From Epiperipatus broadwayi (taxonomy: Eukaryota; Animalia; Onychophora): DNA of 64,000 nt. This document shows positions 38,282-52,363 of this stretch, piece by piece (the first letter of the stretch is position 1; the number at the start of each line of letters is the position of its first letter). Position numbers and translations under genes: made by a program. The stretch spans positions 23,870,001 through 23,934,000 of the forward strand of contig JAQFVV010000003.1 in NCBI GenBank assembly GCA_028023455.1, in the 5' to 3' direction. Under the pieces are notes generated by a model. It was not told where the DNA came from. It worked only from the letters and a program-made list of their open reading frames with translations, and made no database searches.

Positions 38282-38660
38282 TTAGGGGGAGTTTCCTGAC
38301 AGAGATATCTTAAATGCTTTCTCTGGCTAAGCATTTATCACAAAGCTTGTTGAGCAATTGACAATGCTCATTGTTTATATCTTTCAAGCTTAAGAGAATT
38401 GGGTCATGTGATCTATGACTCTTATTTTGACTATTTATAGTCTCTGCCTTAAGTATTATGTGATGTTATATTGCTAAGACTACTAATATATGGTAGGGCT
38501 GAAAATCTCTCAGCCCCATATAGCTATTTGAGTTGGATAGCTGGGTTTGAAGACATGTAGGTGTCTGAAAATTTCAGATTTTCTACTCAATAGATAACTT
38601 TTAGATAAATGCTGGCTTTGGGTTGGTATTTTTAGATCTAGTGTCTGAAGGTACCCTAGC

Positions 38661-38700
38661 ACCCCTGAGGTGTGCCAAAGCACAAAACCATGGTCAGAGG
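38661..38700 (+). ncRNA. Hammerhead motif with inactivated core (second tandem unit)
   Basis: CTGAGGT (A9 to T)-GTGC CAAA GCAC-AAA (G12 to A)-ACCATGGT-C-AGAGG; cleavage-site strand intact. Confidence 0.75.
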
Positions 38701-39069
38701 TTGTGTGTGTGTGTGTGTGTTTCTGACAGAGATATTTTAAATGATTTCTCTGGCTAAGCATTTATCACAAAATTTATTTGTTACATTCTTTTAACAAATC
38801 TATTTTATTATTTAATATTATTTTACAATATGACATTTAATAATTTTAACGTTTAAATATACATATTATTACATTTAATACCCCCCCCCTTAAAGTTTTG
38901 AACTGCTATATTTAGCAAATTTAAAACTTTGAATCAACTCGCAACTGCATGAAAGATCTCATGGCCTACACTGAAATGAATAGACATTCATTTTGATGTA
39001 TTCACTTCTGTGTATATATATATTTAGCCATCACTGATCTACTGTAATATGAAAATTCCTCAGAGTTTA

Positions 39070-39310
39070 ATCTAGTTTCTTCAATCCATGGTTTTCCACA
39101 TCACTTCAACAAACCTTTTTTTTCTTATTTCATCAATATATTTGACATATGATTTCTAATGTCTCTTGCATTTTTTTGAGATCCAGTTTAGATGGTAATT
39201 TGACTTCATTTATTGATGTTATCCATATTTGTTGTTTTTCTCCTCATTGTATTCATTTTACAATTCTTTTTTTGTAAATTTCAAAATACATTTTCCCATA
39301 AATTGCTGTG
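39070..39310 (-). mobile_element. Probable LINE 3' end remnant
   Basis: Weak RTE-like C-terminal composition on the minus strand; heavily decayed. Confidence 0.3.
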
Positions 39311-41944
39311 TGTTTTCTGCATCTATATTAGATCTTGTCTGAAATATATAGATGTCAAAAATTACATGACATCTGTGCAAAATATATTATAAAAAATCTT
39401 TTTTATATATCAGTCTCCCCCTCTCTCTCCTTATATATGTATAAATAGTAAACTGCACCTACTAAAATATTTTTCAAATTTAATATATATATAATTTATC
39501 TAAAATATTTATAATTTGTAACTTTTAATCATTTATTTTTTTATATGTCTTTATTCATATGTTTCAAGAATATGTGATGAAGTGAATGTTATTAAGAACT
39601 TCTAGAAATGCATGAAAATAGAAAAATGAAGTTGAATTATGCCATATATGTGAATTAAAAAATATATTAATCTTTAACTAGTTTAAAGCTTATATTCCAG
39701 GTTAGGGATAATCTCTAGTTTAATAAATGATTAGTGATAATCATTGAAGTATTTATCTGCATTGGTTCATGCCAAAGTTATAGATAGAGTAAGCTTTGCA
39801 CATGTAAATCAAAATGTAACAATTTTCTACTGACAAATATTCACCAAGTGATAAAGATATATGTTAGAAATGGAACCAATTTATGAGTGCCAGTTCAGCA
39901 TACTGTGGAGATTACATCTGTAATTTATTGTTTTGAAAAGCCATTAAACCATTACTTATATTTATCTTTGATCCCACTTTTTTATTTTCATCTAATAACT
40001 TTTATAATAATTTCTGAAAATTTTGAAAAATTATTTTTCAGAAATATCCACATCATCTCCAAACTATAACATAGCTTCATAATCAAATTAAATCTCCATT
40101 TATTTTATAATTTTTGATAGTTATTTTAGTCTAAAATTATTTCATGTAAAATGTTTGGAGAACTGCAATTATTCTGTTGTTTACCTTCACATGTGAAAAT
40201 CTTGTTAATACAATCTTGTAGTCTAATAATTGCTTTGGCATTTTGATAAATATTTTTCTCAGTTTGCCAATATACATCATGAAGTTCTGGTCTTTAATCA
40301 CAGCAGAAAAGTTTATAGAACAAAAACCTTTTTCATAATTTAAAAATCTAATGCAAAATGCCAATGTCTATAACTTATCTTAATTCACAGAGACAAAACT
40401 CTCCATACAGTAAGCATAAAAAAAAATAGTAATCATGTGATGTTTGATGATTTTTCTTAATTTTTAAGTATGATTTATTGTGCTGTACCTATCTTTTAAT
40501 TCTTATATGCTTGTCTTGGATCAAAAATTCAATTTTTAATAATTTTGGTAAACATTTTAGTTAATAATTTACTTTATTAAAAATGATTATGCAGATTACA
40601 AAAGCATACACACACATAAAAAGCAGCTAATTTTCAGTGATTTTTTTTTTTATTAAGTCGAAGCAAGATATAAAGGAATTGGAGTGTATAAAAATATTTT
40701 TAAGTAACTTATTTAAAAGATCAGAAGTATGGAATGGTGTAAAATGATATAATGAAGAGTTTATGATGAAATGGCATGGAAAGCTGAAGTCCCAAAGATA
40801 TAAAATAACATCTTGGCATTGGAAAGTGAATTATTGTATTACAAAGAAGAAAATGATGACATAAAGATGACAGCATAAAGTATATGGAAGGCTTTTATAA
40901 AAAACAATATTGCAATAATAATAAAAAGTCCATACATTAATGCTCTGTATTTTAAAATGGAGAAATAAGACATTTAAATGGATGAAGAATAAAAAAGATT
41001 CAGAAAATAATATAATCATTATCAATATTTAAAAAGAAATAGTGATAAAATAGAAAAATGTTTAAGCAATAACTGAAAGAAAGCAATAGCAGGTAAAAAA
41101 AGTAGTTATTAGCAAAGCTTTACACCAGATATTTAAATAGTGGCTGAGAGAATGCAAATAGTTGTATTGATATTTTATGAAGATATTGTTTCAAGATTTA
41201 TCATTTATAAACTACATAGATTTTTTAAAAAAAAATGCCAGCTACAATTAGCTATAATATAGGAGTCAATAGCAATCCTATGTCGGTTATTATGCCAAAG
41301 TAGCCTTAAATGTTATAAATATTATATTTGGGACATTGAGAACTTTCTCATAGATTATACTATAAAATTTTAATCATATATGTGCATATATATTTATATG
41401 CATAAAATGACTGAATTGTTTTTAACTGACTCATTGAACTCTATTTTATTATAATCACTTTGTGATATGTATAAAAAAGTCATTAAACATTGAAGTAAAG
41501 GATATTGAATTCATATCAGCATCCTGCCAAACAAGTAATACAGATTCCAAGATAGCAGTTGCACATGAAAATTTTTTTACATTACATGATTAAACTCGTT
41601 AAAATGAATATATATTTTACTAAACATTTTTAATAAAAATGAAGATTAAACTATCTATTAATATATATATACAATATAACTAATTGCATAGTTATTGTGA
41701 AGTAACACAAGGCATTATACCATGGGATCTTAGTGAACATTTTATTTTATATATATGCTATAAATATTAAAAAGAGGTTTTTTTAAAAAAAAAAAATTGT
41801 GTATACCCCACTGAATGAATATAGCTCTTAATTTCTAATTTAAAAATTATTAAATTATTTCCATCATAATCTATTTTAAATTAATAATAACTTTAAAATA
41901 ATCATAGCTGAACTATCTATAATTGAACTAATGTAATTGCTATA

Positions 41945-42250
41945 CCCAATTAAAGTTATATTTAAATCATCCAAACATCTATAAACATTATTAAAATATG
42001 AATTAATAACCCATTCTTTTAGCTTCATTGGTATTACTAAGTCTAAATATTGATGATGCTAAAGAAATAAGCTATTATTCAATAAACTATTATTAAAGAA
42101 ATTTGAATGATAATCTATCTATTCCTGTAATTTCATCGATATTTTAAGTTTAGTAAATACCATTGAAGATAAAAGAATGGATTATCATTCCATTTCTTTG
42201 ATAATAGTTTATAGATGTTTGGATATTGTTTAAATATAGCTTTAATTGGG
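41945..42250. repeat. ~306-bp imperfect palindrome (foldback/MITE-like)
   Basis: cccaattaaagttatatttaaatcatccaaacatctataaac...ccattcttttagcttcattggtatt is mirrored by aataccattgaagataaaagaatgg...gtttatagatgtttggat...tatagctttaattggg. Confidence 0.8.
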
Positions 42251-44838
42251 AGTAACAGTTACTTCCGTTACAAATTACATATTATATATATTTAAAAAGC
42301 AAGAATCATTACAAGTGACAGATCTTATGGATAATGAAATGGTTGCTAGAGCACATAGTTTTTAAATATCTTATCTTGCTTTAATATTTTCTTAGGATTT
42401 ATGGATTCTTATTAATCCCATTTTAAACTAAATAAAACCAAATACTTTTGTTAGAATATAAATAAACGTAAATAAATTAAATAAAGGCAAACATTAAAAT
42501 ATAAAATATTTATACATTTTTTATTTAATGTGAACTCAATTTTGCATAGAGCCATTTTGATCTTAAAACTTCATATATTTGATTTATAAAAAAGTGTTTG
42601 CTAACTGGATCCGGTTCACTGACAATTTGGATTTACCATATTAAGTATTAAGCTTTTCTATCTTAAGAACCTGATAAGTACTGGAATCAAAATATTTTTA
42701 CATTTATAATTACTTTTGATTATTATCTGCTTGAGATTATCTTTCAGACATTTACCATGATAAGAAAATGTTTCCCCCATATAATTTAGTGTAGTGATAG
42801 AGTGACACAGGAGGTGAAGATTCCTGGATTGGATCTCAACCTGTGTCTATGGTAGTTTAAATTTAACACGACTCCTACATAACTAATGATTTGATTATTT
42901 TATTTTTCCTAGCTGTTTTAACAAGTTGCTACTAGGTAAGCAGTTTAATTATTAAACAATCAGTGATTTAAAATTGCAATGGGATGATAATTGGGAAAAT
43001 TTTAGTCGTTATTGCATGACTTAAGAGTTGTCCTTGGAAGGTATTTGAAAGAAAATAGGGAGCTCAATTAAGCAAATATTATTCTTAGAATAATAAACAG
43101 TTAATATTGTTAATTATTTCTGCTAGTTCTTTAGATTGGCCTGACCAGGTCTTCTTCAAACTGAAACACCTCTCTCTGAGTTTGTACGATTTATGATGTT
43201 GTGGTAGACTTTGAAGAGCTTTCCTGCACATGATACCTCATGTGGATATTTGGAAAGTAGAACAATATATGTACATGACATAGGTAGTTTGATAAAAGAC
43301 AATCAATGTTATGGTTTACTTATCAGGAAAACTTTTTCTCCAATAGGTCACAGAAGACCTATCTCTGATGCTGATTGGGGCTGCATGCTCCACTATGGGT
43401 AGACGATGCTAGCACAGGCAGACCTTTAAGATGATACTGGATTTGGAATCAGAGACATTGATTTCAGATATTAAAAATGTTTTCTTCAGTGCTTCTTGAA
43501 TATTTTTTGTGTCTATATGAAAATTCACACTTCTATCACAAGGTCAAAATTTGGTTCTTGGTTAACCAAAATTTATTTTATGTTTCTTTAATATTTTTGA
43601 ACCTTAAATGTATAATTGTTTTGATTAACATAGACACATACAATGGAATTTACTGCAATTTTCTTACTGTTCAATTCTATTTTTACCATTATCAAATAAA
43701 TTAATATATTAATTGTTTGATCTATTGCTTGGAAGGTTATGTGATATTCAAGCACTTAAGTCATGTATTGACTACAGTGTTATATTTATTTGCTTGTCCT
43801 TACAGTAGTAGTTTAGAAAGTTATGTGACAGCACCAGAATAAATAAAACAAGTATATTCAATTGATTATAATGAGTTCTTTTATTTACTTTATCTAAGAA
43901 TCAATTCATTAGTTCATTGTCTTTTGAGTTCATTATTCTATTATTGCACTAAACTGCATAATGCATATTTTTAACTATTTTGCTAATCCCACATTCAAAA
44001 TTGAAAATTTTCCACATATTCCAGTCACATCTTTATATTTCATTCATATTAGATTATCAAACTTATTTAATAATGTTTCTGAGAAGGAAATTAAAATATT
44101 TCAAAAATAATTAATTGAATGGTTTATTGCTTGGAATTTTGTAAGAAGTACAAACACCAAAAGCAATGGAACAGAGCTGCAATCCATGGACTGTGAAATC
44201 CAAAGTCTTCCATTTTATCATTTCACTAAATTTATTTGTTTGTAGTATTTTGAAATGTTCCAAAATGGTGTTGGTGACAGCCAATGCAACTTAATTACTC
44301 CCATTGATAATGATAAGTTGATTTCTTCTTAGGAAAGTATAAAACAGATAAGAAGAAAAATATAACTTATTCAACTATACATTAATTAAAAATAAGTATT
44401 GCTAATGCATATAAGTTATATTAAACAGCTTGTTCATTGCTCTATATATTAAAAAGTGTACTAATAGTTTATTAAACTAAATATATTCATCTATATTAGT
44501 GTAAAACAAGTACTTTATAATATATGAAGTAAAACATTTTAAAATTAGCTAATTACAGGTTGTTGAATGAACTTTCAAAATAAAGAGCTCTGATATAGTT
44601 ATTATCATAGAAATTAATATAAAAATACATTAAATGACCCTTGACTTACATTAAATAGCTTCATTAAAAGCAACAACTCATTCTAAATTTTTCCCTAGAA
44701 TAATTTATTGCAATTATTACAAAGCATAAGTTATCAATGATACCAGATGGAAGATGCCAAATAAATCTCCATGGGCTTTAATCAATGTGGAACATTGGCT
44801 TACACATATAAATCCAACAAAACACTTCTATATCATTG

Positions 44839-45602
44839 TTATAACAAAATAAATTTATGCAAAAAACATAAGGGGCAAAGCTTTAATGAATAGGTTAGCT
44901 TAATGTGCTTAGCTAGCTTTCGACTGGTGCCAGTCGTAGATGTAGCAATGGTTGTAGGGGGGAAAGGAAGATGTATATATATTATTTGACTGATGGTTTG
45001 TAATGATGGTATATTATTAGATGTGATATGTTGGACTATTTCCATCATCTATGAGTGAATGTTTAACTTATAGAAATTTTTAAACTTTATTTAAATTTTC
45101 CAAATACAAACAACTTGTTAGTAATAACATACAAATAAAAAAAATTTGAAAGACTCAGGAGGATTTGAACCATCCCTCATATATAAATATATCAAATTTC
45201 TACTGTATGTTGTCTTTGACAGAATAGCTCAGTTGGTAGAGCATTTGCCTTAAAATTCGATATTCAAGAATCTAAAGATGCGAGTTCAACCTCTAAGCGA
45301 ATACTGTCACTGTGCATATAGACCACCAATACCTGAAGAAGTGTGGAGAATAGTACTACTCGAAACATTGTGTAATTACTAACCTGTGTTGTCTATTTGT
45401 GTGTTATTAGTAATAAGTTGTTTGTATTTGTAAAGTTTAAAATTTTCTATACATTCAACATTCACTCATAGATAATGGAAATAGTCCAATATATCACATC
45501 TAATGTATAAATATATTGTCCATGCTAGCTAAGCACATTAAGTTAAACTATTTATTAAAGTTTTGCTCTATATCTTTTTTGCATATATTTATTTTGGTAC
45601 AT
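44839..45602 (+). mobile_element. HHR family B: tRNA-like head plus hammerhead within long inverted repeats (older copy)
   Basis: A box tagctcagttgg at 45225-45236; B-box-like gagttcaacctc at ~45282; CTGAAGA at 45333-45339 with GTGTGG/CTACTC stem and GAAACATTGTG. Arms ~44839-45137 (with a ~95-bp insertion) and ~45394-45602. Confidence 0.8.
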
Positions 45603-45796
45603 TGTATTTGAGATAAAGTTCATATTATCTTCACCACAATATTGTTATGTGATTTTTTTTTTTTTTTAATTATTCTTTTTTCAAAGAATAGAAGTGAATC
45701 TATAAATAATCAGTCACTAAAATGGCTTGGGTTCACATTTTTATGGGGTTAAAAACTTTCAATTCATTAGTTTGGGTTGCATAATTATGTATATTT

Positions 45797-45843
45797 AATC
45801 CAACTGATGAAGGCCAATGTCTAGAAATTTCATTTTGTGGATT
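45797..45843 (+). ncRNA. Possible orphan hammerhead motif
   Basis: aatccaa-CTGATGA-AGGC CAAT GTCT-AGAAA-TTTC...tggatt; stem III is poor. Confidence 0.3.
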
Positions 45844-48800
45844 TAGTTGGCATAATCATTTTCTGCCCATTGACTATTTGTGCTTATGACGATAGCTTTT
45901 TGTAGAGGCAATGAGTGTGTTATTTTTTATGATGCATAGAGAAATTAATATTTATAGCTTTGGAAAACTTGCATACCTTAATTAAATATAAACTATAATT
46001 GGAATATTTTAGAAGAGCACAGCTTGATAATTCTATGAGAACATTAATAACTGATATATAATAGATTTTTCCCCTCCTTACAAACATTCATTTATTTTAT
46101 ATGAGAATGTGTAAATTTGCTTAAACCTTTTTGTTAGCAAATAATTTATTGTTGAATAATTAGTGCCAATATCAATAAATAATAATTCCTGCTAAGTTTA
46201 CTAAGTAAACTAAGAGCCAGATAGTAAAAAAAAAATGTTTCTAAACCTTAGGACTTAGTTGTTAATTATGACTGTATGATGCTAATTGAAAAGTATGTGA
46301 GTATACTGTCTACTGATAAAAATGAAAGTTATTTATAAAACTGACATTTTGATGAACAGAGGTGATGCCATTTTTTTAAAAAAAGGTATAATAATAGGAA
46401 AATTTTACAAAAAGAGATAAATAAACATAAGACTTATTGCATTGGATTTCACAAGAAGTTCGCGAACTGGAAATGGCAGAGTTGGGAGTATGAGTCATGG
46501 ACTGACTTTGATCCCCTGTCTTCTATTTCATTACTGCACTAAACTATGCAGAGCAAATTAAAAAGGATAACTAGATGTTATAAAACTCAGGAGATATAAT
46601 CAATTTTGGACCCTTTATTAATGATGAGGACCACTGAGTTGTGGAAATCTCTTTTTTAGGCAGAGTCTATGAGAGCTAAAGAGCTAATGGATTTATTGAT
46701 CAAAATTTAATCTGTTATTTTTATTGGATCAAACATTAAATGAATTCTTGAATGACTAATTATTTGATTTTTTTTCGGAGGAATATTAGAAATAAATAAC
46801 TATTCAATACTGATTGGTAAATGGTTATCTAGCTATTATTAACATAATGTTATCACATTAATTTGTTGGAGATTGATTATGAAATTTTTTTTTGATAGTA
46901 TTTAATATGATATGACTTTCCTGACAGTTGGTGCTGGTCTCATAGTTTGTATTTTAGATTTCAAACTCTTGTTTGCCACCAAAGGTAAATCAAATACAGC
47001 TGTAGTTCTTAGCCGAATAAATGATTATTAATAATTGTTAACGTATTCATTTAAAATCAATGATTATTATTGAATGCTTATGAAAACCATAATGCTTCTA
47101 CATTAAATCTTATGAAGTATACTAGATAAATAATATGATAGTGTTTCAGAAATTTTTACAACCTAGATCAACTGGAGAAGGTAGGTTCAACCAGGAATAT
47201 ATTTTGCTCTGTTTATATAATATTTTAAACTGTAATTAAAAGGAAACCAAGAAAAAGTGAAATGACATAATCATTAAGCCATCTAATACATGACTAACTA
47301 AAGAAAATAGTCTATTAATTTTTAAGAACAGGAAATAGTGCAGTAATAAGAAGAAAAAAAGTTGGCTGATTGAAATGAGAGTATTTTCAAGAGTGCAGGT
47401 CTCTAAAGCCATCTATTGTAAGTTTGAGGAATCAGTGGACATTATGTAATATAGTGCTAGAATTGCTTCATCCCCAGACCAATTTCTGGCTTTTGCTGCT
47501 GTCATTAAAAAGTAGGATTTTAAAACTGGAATTAATGCATCATCTTTTATTACTTTATACTATTCAAGCTAATAGTGTATATTAAGAAAAAAAACCAAGG
47601 TTTTGAACCCAAATTAAATCACATAATTATGTAGATCTAACATCAAGTGAGTTTCTGTATATTTTAAAAGGCATCAGTTGCATGTAAATGTAAGTCTCTT
47701 TTACCACTAAACAGTAACAATATGATATGACTTTCTCATATCCTTACACATATAACTAAGTATATGAGAAAGCCATATGATATTAGAAAAAAATAATCTG
47801 AATTTTGACAGATTTTTATGTTTTAAAATATTAGCTATTATTTTTATAAATCAACATTTTGTATTACACATATCACCATTTTATATTATGAAGAGCCTCA
47901 TAGTAAAGTGATTAATGTTTTGTTTGCCTGCTCTGCTCTTGGTCTGGGATTGGATTTCAGATCAAGTGAGCTTTAGAAATTTTATCAGCTTACAGAACAG
48001 TTTACAATTTATTTTAGATAGGTTGTAGTTAAACTTGCTAGGTAGAGAGTAATAGTTATCAAAATAATCTGGATTGGTCAGATGAGTGATAATGAGATGA
48101 CTACAAAAAATATGACTGTATTCATGGAGAAACTGTCATACTCCTATGAGAGTTAAGCCTATGGTTTAGGCATTATCTTATATTTTATAGAAATGCATAT
48201 TATTTACACAGGGAATTTTAAATCACAAAAAAGTCTTCATAATATTGGACAATGATGTCATGTAACTATGAATAAGTTTTCCAGTTTACTCAGCCTGGCT
48301 TTAAACCCGATTAAAATGTGATAGGTAAATATCCTACTATCACATTGTGAGATCCTTCTTTGCCAAGTTTTATTGCTTATAAGCATTTCAATATTGTTTT
48401 TAAAAACATGTCTGCCTGCATCAAGTATTGGGTGTTTATTTTTTAGTGATCTAACTACAATATTTATGTTAGCCATTTAAAATAAAATTTGAATATAGTT
48501 TATAAAAATCCTACATTTCCCAAAGTATCTTTGTGAATTCTATTTTGCTTTCTCACATTTAATCGTTGTGTCACTTTTTTTACTTGTATGTTTTATTCTT
48601 CATGCTTCCCATGAGGAGGTATTTGACTACTCCTTAAATAATTAAATTCTTTCGTTAAAATAGGATTGGAAAATTCTATTTAAAAAACGTTTTAATGTCA
48701 TTTTTCCCTTACAAAAATGATGTTTCTGAGAAATACGATATCAAGAGTTCATGGATCACTTCTGTCACATGACAATCCTGTATCTTATACATGTAACTGG

Positions 48801-49479
48801 CCAGTTCAGTTTCCAGTAATGTAACAACTATTTCTTTTAAAAACATACAGCAGATTTCATTCACGCCCACCATGTTATTATATATATTTAATATCATTAT
48901 AAATAATCCCACTTGATCGTAGAAGAAAATAAAAAAAAGACAAGTTATTAAAAGGATAATAAAAGAAAAATGTTTCACTTGTGACTTCAACTCTGGTGGC
49001 CACCTGTAGACACATGTCATCATTATATATTTAATTTTGAAAAAAAAAAAATATTTTGTTTATTATTTCTTTTTTCAGCAAAAGTACTAATTTTCAAGAA
49101 TCGTCGTAATATTATTATGAATATTTAAAAATAAATAAATGTAGGATTCTAACATAAAGAACACAACAAAATTTATCAATTTATCCAAAAAATTTATGTT
49201 TTCCTATTATCACCTAAAATTGTAAATGATAAGTTTTTTCTGGATGTTATCTTCTTTTATATGGAGCTTTAAAACACAAATTTATCATTATTTGAGAATC
49301 TTTTGTTAATTTTTTTTTGATTAGCCAAAATTAAAAATTTTCACCTTCTTTCTATTTCTCTGGATTACTATGCTGTTTCTTCATCATTTTCAGTAAATTA
49401 ATCAAGTTATACAAGGTAAACTTGAACTAATACATTTCAATAATATAATCATTGAAAAAATAAATCAAAGAGCTTCTTG

Positions 49480-49800
49480 GTACAATTGTAGTCATCTGTC
49501 AGTTATGCTTTTAGTCTGGATTTAAATCCAGAGTGAATGAACTTGAGTTTTATTTTAAAACATTTGAGATTTTTTTCAGAGAGCCAATCCAGACTTAAAC
49601 CAACTTATTATCAATATTGATTGGTAAATGGATATTTGTTATTTTTTAGTTGGAGAGGAAAACAAGGATGGAAAAACCACTTAAACCCTCACCACACTGC
49701 AATTGATAAACCTGCTTAAGTACTGTCTCTAAGTCAAGTGTTTTTTTATGAGGCGTTATTGAAGAGATCTGTATTTAAAGTGGTCTATTTCAGGACTTTT
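49480..49800 (+). mobile_element. SINE-like remnant
   Basis: B-box-like ggatttaaatcc, a GC-richer body and a simple (ttttac)-type tail; family not identifiable. Confidence 0.3.
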
Positions 49801-52291
49801 ACTTTTTACTTACTCTATTTTTACTTTACTTAACAAAGGCTAAAATAATCATACAAATTCTTACTACTGTTATAGTCTTCTGAATGAAACTATATTATTA
49901 ACATACCTTATTTACACTTTTCATCAGAATTGCAGAGTTTCCAATCATTCAAATTGATTTTAGTCTAATGTGTACAATGCTTTTCGATGGCTTCACTACA
50001 AAAACTAAAACTTTTCATAAAAACCTTTGATTATTTAAGCCTATTCTTCAAGCCAATGCTCAGTCATCTAGGTAATTTCTCTATGCCAGTTTGACTTTTT
50101 TATAGATCATGCCAAAATATATGCAGATCTATTAAATAAAATAAATCTACCAACCATGAAAGAATTATCTTTCATACAGATAAAACTGTTAAAATATATG
50201 CCTATAGTCCAATAGTCACTGTACAATCATATCTAAAGTTGTTTTTTTAGAATTCAATATGCTTTATAATGATGTATATAGTTTGTTTTATTTTTGATTT
50301 AATTTGTCAATTGCCTAATAAGCCTCTTTATAAGTGCATATCTTCATTTTTGATCAACAATAATAAATATCAATATTTTTTTAAAGAAAAATTATGAAAT
50401 ACCTATACATATAATATTTTGTGATGTTTTTCTTTATGCAGCCAATCATAGAATAATGTTATTGCAGCATATAAAATTATTATAAGAAAATGAAATCATT
50501 ATCTTTATATTATATCTCATTTTTCAATAATAATAATTATTAAGTAGATAATTTTTAAATGTTTATATTTTTCCCCCAAATAAAAAGTATAATTTATCGA
50601 AAACTTATATTTTTAAACTGCAATTATACATATAATTGTGTTAAACAACAGATTATTTCTAACCAAAAATATAGATTTAATTATCCAATTAAAAATTAAT
50701 GTATCTGCTTTTTTAATATATATGAATAAAACTGATAATAAGTAAAAATGTATTAAAAATTTATAATTTTTTTTAAATTTATGTCATTCATTGCTAATAT
50801 TCTATCTAACGAATCTGTTCTGTTTAGTACATATAGGGACAAAGAATGGATTCAAAAACTAAAGATTTCTGGATTGATTCTTAACTAAGTAAAGTTTTAA
50901 AAAAAACAGTTTGATATTTGAATGGAAGTATATTCTACCTATCATTTGACGCTTGAATGTCACATGACTGCTTGAGCATCCAACAATATAATTTTTATTT
51001 AACAAACTCTAATCATAATTTATTGTAAACTATTGGCACTTACTTCAATCTGACAAAATCTATAGATAAAGAATTATTCAAAATTTTAATATTTTAAATA
51101 TTTTTTTTTTTTTTAAACACAGTGAAATACAGTTGGCAGTATTTTAAGTCTTCCAGGACTATTTTAAACAGTTGTTATGTTAGATGGAATAGATGATTCA
51201 TCTCAAATTATAATCTTACAATTTTTGAATTTCTGCTTTTTACAAATGCATCCCTCATTGCAACTCTACCATATCACAATCATTTACCAGCACAGAAAGT
51301 TAAACTATCTTCTCTCACCATACATGCAATTCATGACAATTTTTACTCTTCAAGTCAGTTAGAGGTTTCAACATCTAAATTATACATATTTTTTCTGTTC
51401 TTTATGACATTTTTTAAAATAAAAAAACAAAACAGAATGGATATTGTCATAAGTATTAGATAAGATTATCTCAAATAAATATTTCCATCATATCCATTGT
51501 CTCACTATCCACCATTTGAAAAAGTACTAAATAAAACTTGTAAATATATACATGCATTCAAGTATTTGAGCACAATCATTAATTATCTCATAGTCAACAA
51601 TTTTCTTATTTTGTTCATTCATTATGAATTGCATGGTTTGGTACAGTGGTTGAGTGGCAGATCTAGGGTTCAGGAACCATGGAACAAAGGCTAGCTCTTT
51701 GATCTACATTTAGATTACAATTGTAGTTTTTTTTTTTTTTTAGATTTATTGCTGCAATGTGGTTATAGACTTTTTTATTTAGTACTTTTATAGACATCTT
51801 AATATGCATATTTTTAAATTAAAATTAAACATGTAAACATATATTATATACTGTTTGTTATTATCCTGTTTCAGCTAGCAGATACAAGAGGGGGAGGGGA
51901 CTATTAAATATTTACATTTTAAAACAAATAAATAGACATATTGAAAAATAATAGTTTTGTTGTATTTTAAATATTTATTTGATAAAATTTTCTAGCTATT
52001 TATAAAAGTAATGATTTATAGCACATCTAAATAAATCTGAATATATATCAAAAGAAAATATATCGTGTATATTATATTTTTTTAAGCATTCATTGGTATC
52101 ATTTTGATATTAATTGAATGATTAGTTGTTTGAATATCTTATAATGTTCAAACACTAATATAACAAGTAATGGGAAAAATATGTATTTTATGCAATGATT
52201 TGTTTTAATTGTATGTCCAATTAGATCATTTTAAACATTTATTTTAAATTGGCTAATTATTTAATTCTTATTACTTTTTTTATTATTTCAG

Positions 52292-52363
52292 ATTATTAAA
52301 TAACAATCAAATCACTTCAATTGTTGAAGGAGCGTTTAATGGATTAAAAGAGCTCAAATATTT
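52292..52363 (+). CDS. PXDN: Peroxidasin-like LRR exon (next internal exon, 72 nt, phase 2/2)
   Basis: tttcag acceptor ends at 52291; gtaagt donor at 52364. Translates (L)LLNNNQITSIVEGAFNGLKELKY(L). Joins in frame to the 1036-1107 exon (ct|a = Leu) and matches recalled peroxidasin [25 protein letters not shown]. Confidence 0.88.

Larger units (their letters stand above)
37747..38775 (+). mobile_element. HHR family A array: inverted partial unit plus two tandem units, 13-bp TSD
   Basis: 37745-38027 is the reverse complement of 38152-38430. Tandem units start at 38028 and 38444. TSD atttgttacattc at 37734-37746 and 38776-38788. Confidence 0.92.

Noticed and set aside
40680-41100. Possible LINE RT remnant
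   Set aside because: Only a vague AWKAEVPKD similarity; insufficient motif support.
42785-42870. SINE-head-like motifs here and near 790-850, 47890-47990 and 51630-51720
   Set aside because: A/B-box matches are degenerate, and no family body or TSD could be established by eye.
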